Position numbers and translations under genes: made by a program. A stretch of DNA of 64,000 nt from an uncultured Clostridia bacterium (GTDB taxonomy: Bacteria > Bacillota > Clostridia > Oscillospirales > Oscillospiraceae): contig CAMVAV010000001.1 in assembly GCA_947165595.1 (NCBI GenBank), forward strand, positions 69,107 to 133,106. The letters are read 5' to 3'. The stretch's first letter is position 1. The number at the start of each line of letters is the position of its first letter. Positions 45,815-54,207 of this stretch are shown here, piece by piece. Under the pieces are notes generated by a model. The model made no database searches. It was not told the DNA's origin and worked only from the letters and a program-made list of their open reading frames with translations.

Positions 45815-45949
45815 TCAGCAGCCGCAGCTGTTGCCGCAGCCGTTCCCGTTGCCGCCGCAGGCGCAGCCGTTGCCGCCGCAGAGGAACAGGATGAGGATCA
45901 GGATGATGATCCAGCAGCAGTTGTTGCCGCCAAAGCAGTTGTTGTACAT
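45815..45949 (-). CDS. 44-aa Cys/Gly/Asn-rich single-TM small protein, probably spore-associated
   Basis: MYNNCFGGNNCCWIIILILILFLCGGNGCACGGNGNGCGNSCGC; RBS GGAGG; own terminator; upstream CATACTAT (SigE/SigK-like -10). Confidence 0.8.
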   Translation of the reverse strand: MYNNCFGGNNCCWIIILILILFLCGGNGCACGGNGNGCGNSCGC

Positions 45950-46039
45950 AGCGCAACCTCCTATGAAGATATGGACGAACGCCCCGGGACGCCCCTCGGC
46001 GTTCTCACTTCATAGTATGCGCCGCGCGGCGAAACGTGC

Positions 46040-47170
46040 CTACAGCCTTGCGGAGGTCACGAGCGCGTCCGCCCGCCGGTAGTCGCCGTCGGTGAACACG
46101 CCGGCGCTCACCAGCTTCTGCCGCAGCGTCTGCGTCTCTCCGTTCAGCGGCACGTCCAGCGCGTACCACGAGAGATAGACGACGTCGGCGCGCAGGAATT
46201 CGCTTTCGCGCAGCGCCGCGAGCTCGCCCTCCGTGATGACGCCGGCGGCCAGCGCGCGCTCCGCGGCGGTCGATACGTCGGTCTGCGTCGTGTCGCTGTA
46301 GCCCAGCGCGCGCAGGACGAACTCCACGTACATCCCCTCGCTCGCCGTGCGGCCCGGGGCAAACTTGTTGCCCTCGACACCGTTGGTGTAGCCCTTTTCA
46401 TAGGCGTAGGCAATGTAGGGCTTGCCCCAGTACGTCTCCGAGATGTCCTTGAAGGGCGACGGGCTCGCGCAGGCAAGGGCGGCGTCCTCCTCCCCCAGCA
46501 GACGGATGAGCATGACGAGCGCCTGCACGCGGTTCGGCGCCGCCTCCAGATCGAAGCCCTCCCCGAAGCCCGTGTCGGTGCCGCGGAAAAGCGAGAGCTC
46601 GCGCAGCGCCGCCGCCATGGCGTTGCGGTCGGGCGTGTCCGCCGACTCTGTGACGTGATAGGCGCCGCAGTAGTCGAGCACCGCCGTGGGCGAGGTCACG
46701 GCGAAGGCCGCGCCGGTGTCCTCCGCGACCAGATAGCGGTGCCTCGCCTTGAGCGCGGTGCCGGAGACCAGCTCCGTGCCGTCCGTGACGTCGACGACCG
46801 TGCCGGCGGAAAAGTGCGCCTCCGCGCCGCCGGCGAGCAGCAGCACCTGCGTCCCTGTGGTTCCCGCCAGCAGGTCGCCCCGCTTCATGCGGCGCTCCGC
46901 CCAGACGTCCGTGTGCTCGGAGGCCTGTCCGATCGCCTCCGCGGAAAGCGCGGCGTGCCACTTTGCCTCCGCCGCGTCATAGACCGCCTGTCCCGCGGCG
47001 TCCGCCCTGTCCTGCACGGCGGTCTCCGCCGCGGGCAGAAACACGCCCGTCAGGTAGTCGAGCGAGATCAGCGGGTCGCCCGCGTCCCCTCCCGCGGCGG
47101 AGGCGAACACAAGCGTCAGCGCGGCGGCAAGCGCGAGCGGCAGGATCGCCGTTTTTCTTTTCATGGTCAT
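46040..47170 (-). CDS. Exported SLH-domain protein
   Basis: Signal peptide, DPLISLDYL motif, NRVQALVMLIRLLG, YIAYAYEKGYTNG. Confidence 0.85.
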   Translation of the reverse strand: MTMKRKTAILPLALAAALTLVFASAAGGDAGDPLISLDYLTGVFLPAAETAVQDRADAAGQAVYDAAEAKWHAALSAEAIGQASEHTDVWAERRMKRGDLLAGTTGTQVLLLAGGAEAHFSAGTVVDVTDGTELVSGTALKARHRYLVAEDTGAAFAVTSPTAVLDYCGAYHVTESADTPDRNAMAAALRELSLFRGTDTGFGEGFDLEAAPNRVQALVMLIRLLGEEDAALACASPSPFKDISETYWGKPYIAYAYEKGYTNGVEGNKFAPGRTASEGMYVEFVLRALGYSDTTQTDVSTAAERALAAGVITEGELAALRESEFLRADVVYLSWYALDVPLNGETQTLRQKLVSAGVFTDGDYRRADALVTSARL

Positions 47171-47811
47171 TTCGTCTCCCTGTCGGTTTGTTTTGCGATG
47201 CGGTAGCTCAGCGTGAGCAGGCTGTCGGCAAAGTGCACGTTTTCGACGAACACGCGCCCGTCGACGGACAGCTCCACGTTCGTGAAGTTCCAAAGCCCCT
47301 CCACGCCGAGCGCCGAAAGCCGCTCCGCCGTCTCCTGCGCGGCGGCCCTCGGCACGGTCAGCACGGCGACGGCGGGACGGTGCGCGGCGCAGTAGCTCTC
47401 CAGCTCGTCCATCGGGCGGACCGTCACACCGTTGATCTCCGTACCGATGAGCGCCTCCGACACATCGAACGCGGTGTCGAGCCGGAAGCCGCCCTGCGCA
47501 AAGTCAAAGTTCTGCATCAGCGCGTGGCCCAGGTGGCCGGCGCCGACGATAATGAGCCGCCGCGGCTCGTCCACGCCGAGGATGCGCCCGATCTCGGCGC
47601 GCAGCTCCATGATGTTGTAGCCGTAGCCCTGCTGTCCGAACTCCCCGAAGCAGCTCAGGTCCTGCCGGATCTGCGAGGCGGTGACGCCCATGCGCTTGCC
47701 GAGGGTGCTGGAGGAAATGCGCACGACGCCGCGGGAGTGCAGCTCGTCGAGGTAGCGGTAATATCGGGGCAGACGCCGGATGACCGCGTCTGAAATATGC
47801 TGTTTCTTCAT
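47167..47811 (-). CDS. rex: Redox-sensing repressor Rex
   Basis: RRLPRYYR, SQIRQDL..FGEFGQQGYGY, GAGHLG, WNF. Confidence 0.96.
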   Translation of the reverse strand: MKKQHISDAVIRRLPRYYRYLDELHSRGVVRISSSTLGKRMGVTASQIRQDLSCFGEFGQQGYGYNIMELRAEIGRILGVDEPRRLIIVGAGHLGHALMQNFDFAQGGFRLDTAFDVSEALIGTEINGVTVRPMDELESYCAAHRPAVAVLTVPRAAAQETAERLSALGVEGLWNFTNVELSVDGRVFVENVHFADSLLTLSYRIAKQTDRETK

Positions 47812-47960
47812 AAAGGCCTCTTCCCTCTCTGAGACGCTTCCTCTGATCCATGGCTCGTATCCGGACGATACCGGGCGCTTTCCTGCCCCGTGACGCCGCG
47901 CAACGCGCGGTCCGCTTCCGTCCCCGCGGCGGTCCTTCCCTTCAGCGGTGCAGCGAGACC

Positions 47961-48001
47961 ATTGTAGGCTATCGCGAAAAAGTTGTCAACTTTTTTAACA
48001 A
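47961..48001 (-). promoter_or_regulatory. rex promoter with Rex-box-like palindrome
   Basis: TTGACA-17 bp-TACAAT; TTGTTAA-N5-TTGACAA overlaps the -35 (canonical spacer is N4). Confidence 0.65.
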
Positions 48002-48106
48002 TCTTTTTTCTTCCTTTTTTGGGAAAGCGGGCGCGCAAATTTCCGGTTGAAAACGCGGCGGAACAGGCATATGATAGGGGCAGCCGCTTGAAAGGAGGCA
48101 GATATA

Positions 48107-48859
48107 ATGTACAAGCTCTGGGATGCGCTGGAGAGCGCGAAGAAAATGAAATGGGTGGAGCTTTCCCACTCGCTGAACAACGACAGTCCGTATTGGAGCG
48201 GGATCCCCGAAGGCTCGGTCGAGCTGGGCAAGGTGGTCTTTGACTGGGGCAACCCCATGCTTGAGTGCGTGATCCACACGTTTAAGTTTCCGGGGCAGTT
48301 TGGCACGCATATCGACTTTCCGGGGCATTTCGTCAAGGGCGGAAACCTCTCCGAAAGCTACGGCGTGCGCGACGCGGTGTTTCCCCTGTGCGTCGTGGAC
48401 ATCACGGAAAAGGTCGCGCAGGACCCGTGCTATGCCGTGCAGGTGCAGGATATCAAGGACTATGAGGAGAAGTACGGGCCGATCCCCGACGGGGCGTTCG
48501 TCGCGCTCCGCACCGACTGGTCGAAGAAGTGGCCCGACATGAACGCGCTCTCCGGCGTTGCGGAGGACGGGAGCGAAAATTTCCCGGGCTGGTCGCTGGA
48601 CGCGCTCAAATACATCTATGAGGTGCGCTCCGCCGCCGCCAACGGGCACGAGGCGCTGGACACCGACGCCTCCGCGGAGGCCGCCAAGGCGGGCGACCTC
48701 GCCTGCGAGCGCTACGTGCTTTCCAAGGGAAAGCTGCAGATCGAGGTGCTGTGCAATCTGGATCAGGTCGCCCCTGCCGGCGCGGTGCTGATCGCGGCAT
48801 GGCCGAAGATCGAGGGCGCCAGCGGGCTCCCCGCCAGAGTCTGGGCGATCACGGAATAA
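48107..48859 (+). CDS. Cyclase-family (kynurenine formamidase-like) metal hydrolase
   Basis: QFGTHIDFPGHF, LRTDWS, FPGW, EVLCNL. Confidence 0.9.
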   Translation: MYKLWDALESAKKMKWVELSHSLNNDSPYWSGIPEGSVELGKVVFDWGNPMLECVIHTFKFPGQFGTHIDFPGHFVKGGNLSESYGVRDAVFPLCVVDITEKVAQDPCYAVQVQDIKDYEEKYGPIPDGAFVALRTDWSKKWPDMNALSGVAEDGSENFPGWSLDALKYIYEVRSAAANGHEALDTDASAEAAKAGDLACERYVLSKGKLQIEVLCNLDQVAPAGAVLIAAWPKIEGASGLPARVWAITE

Positions 48860-49011
48860 GACGTTCTCCCCCCGTCCGAGGGATAAAGCCGACAGCTGCC
48901 GCCGCGGTCCGGAGCCCGAACCGCCGGGTTTTCCGGACCGCGGAGCGGCTTGCCGCGCGTCTCCGGCGTTCCCCGCGCGGACAGCCGCGCGAGCATTTTG
49001 ACATTTTTCCC

Positions 49012-49040
49012 TTTACTTCCGGAAAAAGATTTGCTATACT
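49012..49040 (+). promoter_or_regulatory. tRNA promoter
   Basis: TTTACT-17 bp-TATACT with extended TG. Confidence 0.65.
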
Positions 49041-49084
49041 ATTGCGGAAGGTGCCGGAACGTACGCCGTCCCCCGCCGAAAAAA

Positions 49085-49323
49085 CGAATATGCGCCCGTA
49101 GCTCAGCTGGATAGAGTGTCAGACTCCGACGTTTCAGACCTGTCCTGTTGAGGCAAGCCCGCAAAGCCGCATGGCGTCTGGGCTGACGGGCAGCGCGGAG
49201 GGCGGGAACGCCCATCGTTGACTACTATTTGACCACTATTTTCGCAAATTGCCACGCACCCGTTTCGGGGGAACAATCGAATATGCGCCCGTAGCTCAGT
49301 TGGATAGAGTGTCAGACTCCGAC
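49085..49323. mobile_element. 193-bp mini-island or integration scar in the tRNA 5' half
   Basis: 46-bp direct repeats at 49085-49130 and 49278-49323; internal tandem TTGACTACTAT/TTGACCACTAT. Confidence 0.7.
49092..49130 (+). pseudogene. Displaced 5' half of tRNA-Arg(CCG)
   Basis: 39 nt identical (1 mismatch) to the intact tRNA, ending exactly at the end of the anticodon loop CTCCGAC. Confidence 0.9.
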
Positions 49324-49361
49324 TCTGAAGGTCGTGCGTTCGAATCGCATCGGGCGTACCA
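49285..49361 (+). tRNA. tRNA-Arg(CCG)
   Basis: 77-nt cloverleaf; D-loop AGTTGGATA, anticodon arm TCAGA-CTCCGAC-TCTGA, TTCGAAT, encoded CCA. Confidence 0.97.
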
Positions 49362-49410
49362 GAGCCCACCTGACCCTGTGCCAAATTTGGCACAGGGTCA
49401 GGTGGGCTCT
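49361..49410. repeat. Perfect 50-bp palindrome with core TGCCAAATTTGGCA (copy 1)
   Basis: AGAGCCCACCTGACCCTGTGCCAAA followed directly by its reverse complement, right at the tRNA end. Confidence 0.92.
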
Positions 49411-49563
49411 CACTTTCCCTAATGAAGTGCTTCCGGGCTGATGACGGATAGCGATTTTAGTTCTGATTACTATGAAATAGCTCATATGCGATTTCTCTTT
49501 GCGGCGTGATGACGGTATTATACGGCAAGATAAGGAATCAACATATGCTATGAGACAAGACCT

Positions 49564-49596
49564 TTGCGTTTTTCATGTGGTATGGTATACTATAAT
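49564..49596 (+). promoter_or_regulatory. Promoter of the low-GC cargo block
   Basis: TTGCGT-16 bp-TATACT with extended TG; overlapping TATAAT. Confidence 0.5.
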
Positions 49597-49666
49597 AAAC
49601 TAACTTCTTAATAAACAGATTGCAATTGAAAATGATGGAAAGTAATGAATAATTGCTGGGAAGGAG

Positions 49667-50932
49667 TTGTTTGGCAGCAATATGGACAACAATTTACAAA
49701 GTCTCAACAAACTGAAAAACGATATTAAGGCCGCAAAGCGGTTTTCCTTTTTGCTTTCTAAAGACAAGCGAATAAAGATTAAGGAAATGGATGAACAACT
49801 TGCGGAATTGAATAATACAATCCTTAAATTTAATGACTATTTTTCGGACTTGGGCTGGTGTGCCTATGACTCCATGAACTTACATCTAATGAGAGGGGCA
49901 ATCACAGCATATGAAACTTCTGGCTCAGAGGCCGGGGAGGGGGTGTTGCTGAAATACTATCAGGAAGATGTAAAGGAGGTCATACATTGGCTAAAAAATA
50001 AAGCAGATTCCTTTGCTCAGAGATATAATCTCATACAGCATGCATTTGATGACCATTTTGCGAGAAGATATTATGCCAGTGTTCCTCTTTTCTTGATTAT
50101 CATAGACGGTGCCGTGAATGATTACACAAAAAGCAAAGGATTTTTTGCAGAGGGTACTGACTTGACAGCATGGGACTGTTTAGTGGGTTGTAGTGATGGC
50201 CTTGCAAAGTTGAAATGTATCTTTAATAAGCGGAGAAGTAGAACTAACCAAGATGAAATCCGGCTACCATATAGGAACGGGATTCTTCATGGAAGAGACT
50301 TGAATTACGGCAACGAATACGTTTCTTGTAAATGCGTAGCTTTGATGTTTGCTCTTGCCGATTGGATGAATATGCGAGACAGCGAAGAGAATCGGAAAGC
50401 AAAGTTCGAGAGGGAAAGCAATCCTCCGCCAATTTCCGAGTCGCTGAAAAAGCTCAAAGAAAATGCTTTGGAAAGAGATGAAATAAGCAAATGGCAACCG
50501 CGAGAGGTAATTGTAGGAAAGGATATACCAATCGCCCCCATAATAGAAGACTGCACCGATTATCAGTATATGATTCCAGTGATAGAAATGTTCAACGCAT
50601 GGAAGGCGAAGAATTATGGCAATCTTTCTATTTACCTCACGAGACTGTTTAGCTATGAAAAATCAGAAACGAAGCGTGCAGGCAAATGCCGAGAACTGTT
50701 TTCATCGAAAGACTTCTGTTCATTTGAACTCAAGGAAATCGAAGAAAGAGCATGTTCAATGTCCCGAATTCTTGTGCAGGCAGATTGGGAAATTGGTGGA
50801 AAACACTTTTCTGAGCCGTTGGAATTCGGCTGTATATATCAAGATGAAAATGAAAAGCCAGCTTTACCGTGGCGCAAGAATGGGAAATGGACGCTTATTC
50901 CTTGGCAAGTTCAAGGATTATACAAGATATGA
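49667..50932 (+). CDS. Low-GC hypothetical protein with HEPN-like RxxxxH motif
   Basis: RNGILHG preceded by helical YASVPLFLIIIDG; start may be ATG 49682. Confidence 0.7.
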   Translation: MFGSNMDNNLQSLNKLKNDIKAAKRFSFLLSKDKRIKIKEMDEQLAELNNTILKFNDYFSDLGWCAYDSMNLHLMRGAITAYETSGSEAGEGVLLKYYQEDVKEVIHWLKNKADSFAQRYNLIQHAFDDHFARRYYASVPLFLIIIDGAVNDYTKSKGFFAEGTDLTAWDCLVGCSDGLAKLKCIFNKRRSRTNQDEIRLPYRNGILHGRDLNYGNEYVSCKCVALMFALADWMNMRDSEENRKAKFERESNPPPISESLKKLKENALERDEISKWQPREVIVGKDIPIAPIIEDCTDYQYMIPVIEMFNAWKAKNYGNLSIYLTRLFSYEKSETKRAGKCRELFSSKDFCSFELKEIEERACSMSRILVQADWEIGGKHFSEPLEFGCIYQDENEKPALPWRKNGKWTLIPWQVQGLYKI

Positions 50933-51067
50933 GAGATAAGAAACATGTTAATAGCGGCTTCACCGTTTATTATTCGGTGGGGATAGCACGACGATGACCC
51001 AAAACTCATGCAGGAACTGGTATCGCTGGTTACAGCGTGAAAGAGATAGCGGTTGGAGGTTTTTTGA

Positions 51068-51496
51068 ATGAGCGTTAATCAGAACAATTTAGGCGTGGTA
51101 TTGCAGTTGCTGCTTAGTGGAATAAATGTGTTTGGAACAGTTTATGCAGTATTGAGTATTCTAAAATTAAGAATTGAAGATGTATATAGTGCTGTTACAT
51201 TGGAAGGAATTGATGAAAGAGATAGCGAGCTTCTTGTTCAGAGAAAACAAGCTCGGATTGGAATAACTCTAATTATTTATGGGTGGATAGCGCAAATTAT
51301 TTGCAGCATAGTAAATTTTGCAACGCCTTGTGATTATGCTATTGCATTGATCGGCGTTGTAATGATCATGGGTGTTTTGATACTGATAATTCATTTTACA
51401 AACAAAGCATTTGAGGAAAAATATATTAAGTATAGATCAGAAAAAGAAAGAGTCGAAGGTACTCACGCACAAAGCCATACGATTGGGAACTTTTAA
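51068..51496 (+). CDS. Low-GC small membrane protein (3 TM)
   Basis: Three hydrophobic segments; RBS GGAGG. Confidence 0.75.
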   Translation: MSVNQNNLGVVLQLLLSGINVFGTVYAVLSILKLRIEDVYSAVTLEGIDERDSELLVQRKQARIGITLIIYGWIAQIICSIVNFATPCDYAIALIGVVMIMGVLILIIHFTNKAFEEKYIKYRSEKERVEGTHAQSHTIGNF

Positions 51497-51543
51497 ACTC
51501 TGAGATTGACATGCGGTAAGTATAGGAATTTCATCTGATTGCT

Positions 51544-51578
51544 CCAAAGCCCGTCTGACTTTGTGCCAAATTTGGCAC
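51544..51578. repeat. TGCCAAATTTGGCA site, copy 2
   Basis: 30/35 identical to 49359-49393, direct orientation, at the low-to-high GC junction. Confidence 0.88.
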
Positions 51579-51620
51579 TATTTCAGAGTATCGTCCGGGA
51601 GTTTTGCTCCGCAAGGAGCG

Positions 51621-51655
51621 GGACTGCCTGACCCCCTGCCAAATTTGGCAGGGGG
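51621..51655. repeat. TGCCAAATTTGGCA site, copy 3
   Basis: CCTGACCCCC-TGCCAAATTTGGCA-GGGGG; 24-bp palindrome at 51632-51655. Confidence 0.88.
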
Positions 51656-51764
51656 GTAGAGAAGCTTTTGGCGTTTCCCGTATCTGCCGCGCGGCGACCG
51701 AGGTCACAAATCGCCACGGGCGGCGCGACAGGGACTGAAACGGAGCGGGGCGGCGATGCCGCCC

Positions 51765-52076
51765 TCACTCGTTCTCCATTTCACGTTTGAATATCTCCTG
51801 CGCCCGCGCCTCGTTCTCCGCTTCGTAGTCGTAGGGCGCTCCCAGCTCGCTTCGTATGCCGTCCGCCAAGCGGAAGCCGGAGATGAACGCGTCGATCTTC
51901 TCGGCATCGTGGAAGCTGGTCTCTGCGTCGAGGAAGCGGAGCAGGAGCTTTTGCTGTTCCCAGCTCAGCTCGTTGTGAAGCGTATCGTATGCCGCCTCGA
52001 CCTCATGCCCCAGCTCGACGGTCTGCTCGGATCTGACGTGGAAACGCCGCTGGAGCGCGATCATGTAATCCCTCAT
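51765..52076 (-). CDS. DUF6809-like small protein
   Basis: MRDYMIALQRRF...AFISGFRLADGI, typical of clostridial mobile elements. Confidence 0.65.
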   Translation of the reverse strand: MRDYMIALQRRFHVRSEQTVELGHEVEAAYDTLHNELSWEQQKLLLRFLDAETSFHDAEKIDAFISGFRLADGIRSELGAPYDYEAENEARAQEIFKREMENE

Positions 52077-52079
52077 GAC

Positions 52080-52904
52080 TCAGTCGACGAAGATGTAGTA
52101 TTGGGTTTGGAGGAAGGTGTTGTTGTGGTAGAAATCCCACGCCTCGACATGGAAGTGGAAGGCGGGGGTGTTTCTAACATGCTTGACTATTTCGCTCTCG
52201 CGCCAGGGCCAGAAGCATCCGGTGTACGCCTCGTACTCGGCGGGGATGGTCAGCGATACCTTTGTCAAAGGCTTGCCGTCCCGCCACGCACTCGGCTCGT
52301 CCTTGATCGCCTCGTAGATGGTGTACGCCATGCGGAGCGTTTCGTACAGGTTGCGGACGTACAGGTCATCGCCGTACTCGCTTTGGAAGTGTCTGCACTC
52401 GACGGCAGGGAGCGTCAGCGCCGGGAATACGCTCCAGTCATAGCTCGGTGCTGGCAGGTCGGGCAGCGGTCCGGGGGCGAAGCAGTTGTTCTCGAAGCGC
52501 GACGTGTCCTTTACCTCATAGAGAGTCCCGTCGCCGCAGGGGATCAGGTCGCCAACCTGCGGGACGTACTTGCTGCCGTCCGCAGGCAGCGTGACGACCT
52601 TGCTGCTTTTTGGCGTTGGGGTATCCTCGGCGTATGGCTCTGCGGTGTTGATGACCACCGTGTTGGAGGGGGCGTCGTAGCTGACGTTGAAACCCATCGC
52701 CCTGCCGATGTCGCGGATTTTGGCGTAGTTGTTGCCGTTGATGCTGTATGCCTCGATCTGGACGCTCTTGCCGTCCACGACGAATCGCTGGCTGGATTCC
52801 TGCGCCGTGAGCACCGCGCCCGCCGCGGGGGCGGCGATGGTCGCGCCGAGGATGATGCCGCCGGCGACGAGCGCGATCTCTTTCTTTCCTCTGATGTTCT
52901 TCAT
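52080..52904 (-). CDS. Exported protein with copper-amine-oxidase-N-like (stalk) domain
   Basis: Signal peptide; VDGK..AYSINGNNYAKIRDIG..FNVSYD; ATG 52904 with RBS AGGAG. Confidence 0.75.
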   Translation of the reverse strand: MKNIRGKKEIALVAGGIILGATIAAPAAGAVLTAQESSQRFVVDGKSVQIEAYSINGNNYAKIRDIGRAMGFNVSYDAPSNTVVINTAEPYAEDTPTPKSSKVVTLPADGSKYVPQVGDLIPCGDGTLYEVKDTSRFENNCFAPGPLPDLPAPSYDWSVFPALTLPAVECRHFQSEYGDDLYVRNLYETLRMAYTIYEAIKDEPSAWRDGKPLTKVSLTIPAEYEAYTGCFWPWRESEIVKHVRNTPAFHFHVEAWDFYHNNTFLQTQYYIFVD

Positions 52905-52921
52905 GATCCTGTTCTCCTTTC

Positions 52922-54097
52922 TCATATTGCCAAGCCCTTTTGCAGCGTTTTGGACGCTGCTTTCTTGTTTTTGTCGAACGAGTGCGTGTAGATGTCCAGC
53001 GTGGTCGAGACCTGCGAGTGCCCAAGGAGCCCCGCGACGGTCGCCACGTCCGTCCCGTTGGCGATGAGCAGCGACGCCGTCGTATGCCGCAGACTGTGGA
53101 CGTTGAGGTTCTCCGGCAGACCGTTCTTTTTAAGAATCTGCTTGAAACGGTAGGTAAAGGTCGTCGGCGTCATGGGCAGCTCCACTTCGCGGCGACGGAA
53201 GACGAAGTCCTCGTCCGTCAGCTTGCGGTGATCGTAGGTCGCGGTCTCGTAGGCGCAGTTCTTGTAATGCTCGCGCAGCAGGGTCTCCATCTCCTGCGTG
53301 AAGTAGACGTAGCGGTTGCCCGCCTTGGTTTTCGGGGGTTTGACGACGATGTCCTCATGGGAGACCTTGACGACGTTGCGGCAGATGTGGATGCTGCGCT
53401 CGGCATAGTCGATATCTCCCCATTTAAGACCGCAGCACTCGCCGCGCCGCATCCCCGTGGCGATGATGAGCTTGAAGTAAGTTTCGTACTTGAGGCTCTC
53501 CTGCTCCAGCGCGGCGATGATCTTCTGTGTGGTCTCGGCGTCGGCGACGCGTATTTCCTTGCGCGTGCCGCTGTAGCGGTACGTCCGCCACGCGGGATTG
53601 TGGTCGAGAAAGCCGCCCTCCATCGCGTCGGAGAGGATGCCGCACAAACAGGCGTGGACACCCTCTACCGTCGCTTCGGAGAGCGGCTTTCCATTGTTGA
53701 GGTTCTTTGCCTTCCGCAGCTCGACGTAGAGCTTGCGGAAGTGCTCGGGGCGAAGCTCTTTGAGCTTGTATTGCCCGAGGTAAGGGAGGAAACGGTTGAC
53801 GTCCTGCTTTTCGCGCACGAGCGTCGAGACCGCCAGCTTGCCGGGGGCGACGTCGCGGAGCCACAGCTCCGTGTACTCCGCGAGCGTCATATCGCGCCTG
53901 ACCGCTTCGGGAACCTCCCGGCACTCCATCTCGAAGAGCGTCGCCTGCTCGTCGAGCCACTTTTCCCGCTGCTTGGGCGTGAGTCCCACGGGCGGGCGCA
54001 CGGTTTTCTGCCGCGCCTTTCTGCGCCTGCCCGCGAGGTCGTAGCCCATCGACACGACCAGCAGGTAGCTGTTCCCGCGTTTTCGGATGCTTGCCAT
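52922..54097 (-). CDS. Tyrosine integrase (Tn916-Int-like), second in the operon
   Basis: TGMRRGE, PKT, HSLRH, LGHS, LDIYTH; N-terminal arm-binding-like domain. Confidence 0.95.
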   Translation of the reverse strand: MASIRKRGNSYLLVVSMGYDLAGRRRKARQKTVRPPVGLTPKQREKWLDEQATLFEMECREVPEAVRRDMTLAEYTELWLRDVAPGKLAVSTLVREKQDVNRFLPYLGQYKLKELRPEHFRKLYVELRKAKNLNNGKPLSEATVEGVHACLCGILSDAMEGGFLDHNPAWRTYRYSGTRKEIRVADAETTQKIIAALEQESLKYETYFKLIIATGMRRGECCGLKWGDIDYAERSIHICRNVVKVSHEDIVVKPPKTKAGNRYVYFTQEMETLLREHYKNCAYETATYDHRKLTDEDFVFRRREVELPMTPTTFTYRFKQILKKNGLPENLNVHSLRHTTASLLIANGTDVATVAGLLGHSQVSTTLDIYTHSFDKNKKAASKTLQKGLAI

Positions 54098-54207
54098 GAT
54101 GCGTTCTCCTTTCCTTCTGCGCTCGGTACTTCCGAGCTTTTTGGTAAAGCAAACATACCGAAGAACGCGGAGGAAAGCTACTGTAAAGATGCGCGGAGTC
54201 GCAGATT

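Noticed and set aside
48895-48990. GC-rich hairpins after the cyclase gene as an ncRNA
   Set aside because: Consistent with a terminator-like stem; no recognisable RNA family features.
49092-49361. Intron-containing or split tRNA
   Set aside because: A complete tRNA follows the insert, so splicing is unnecessary, and the insert lacks recognisable group I intron core elements.
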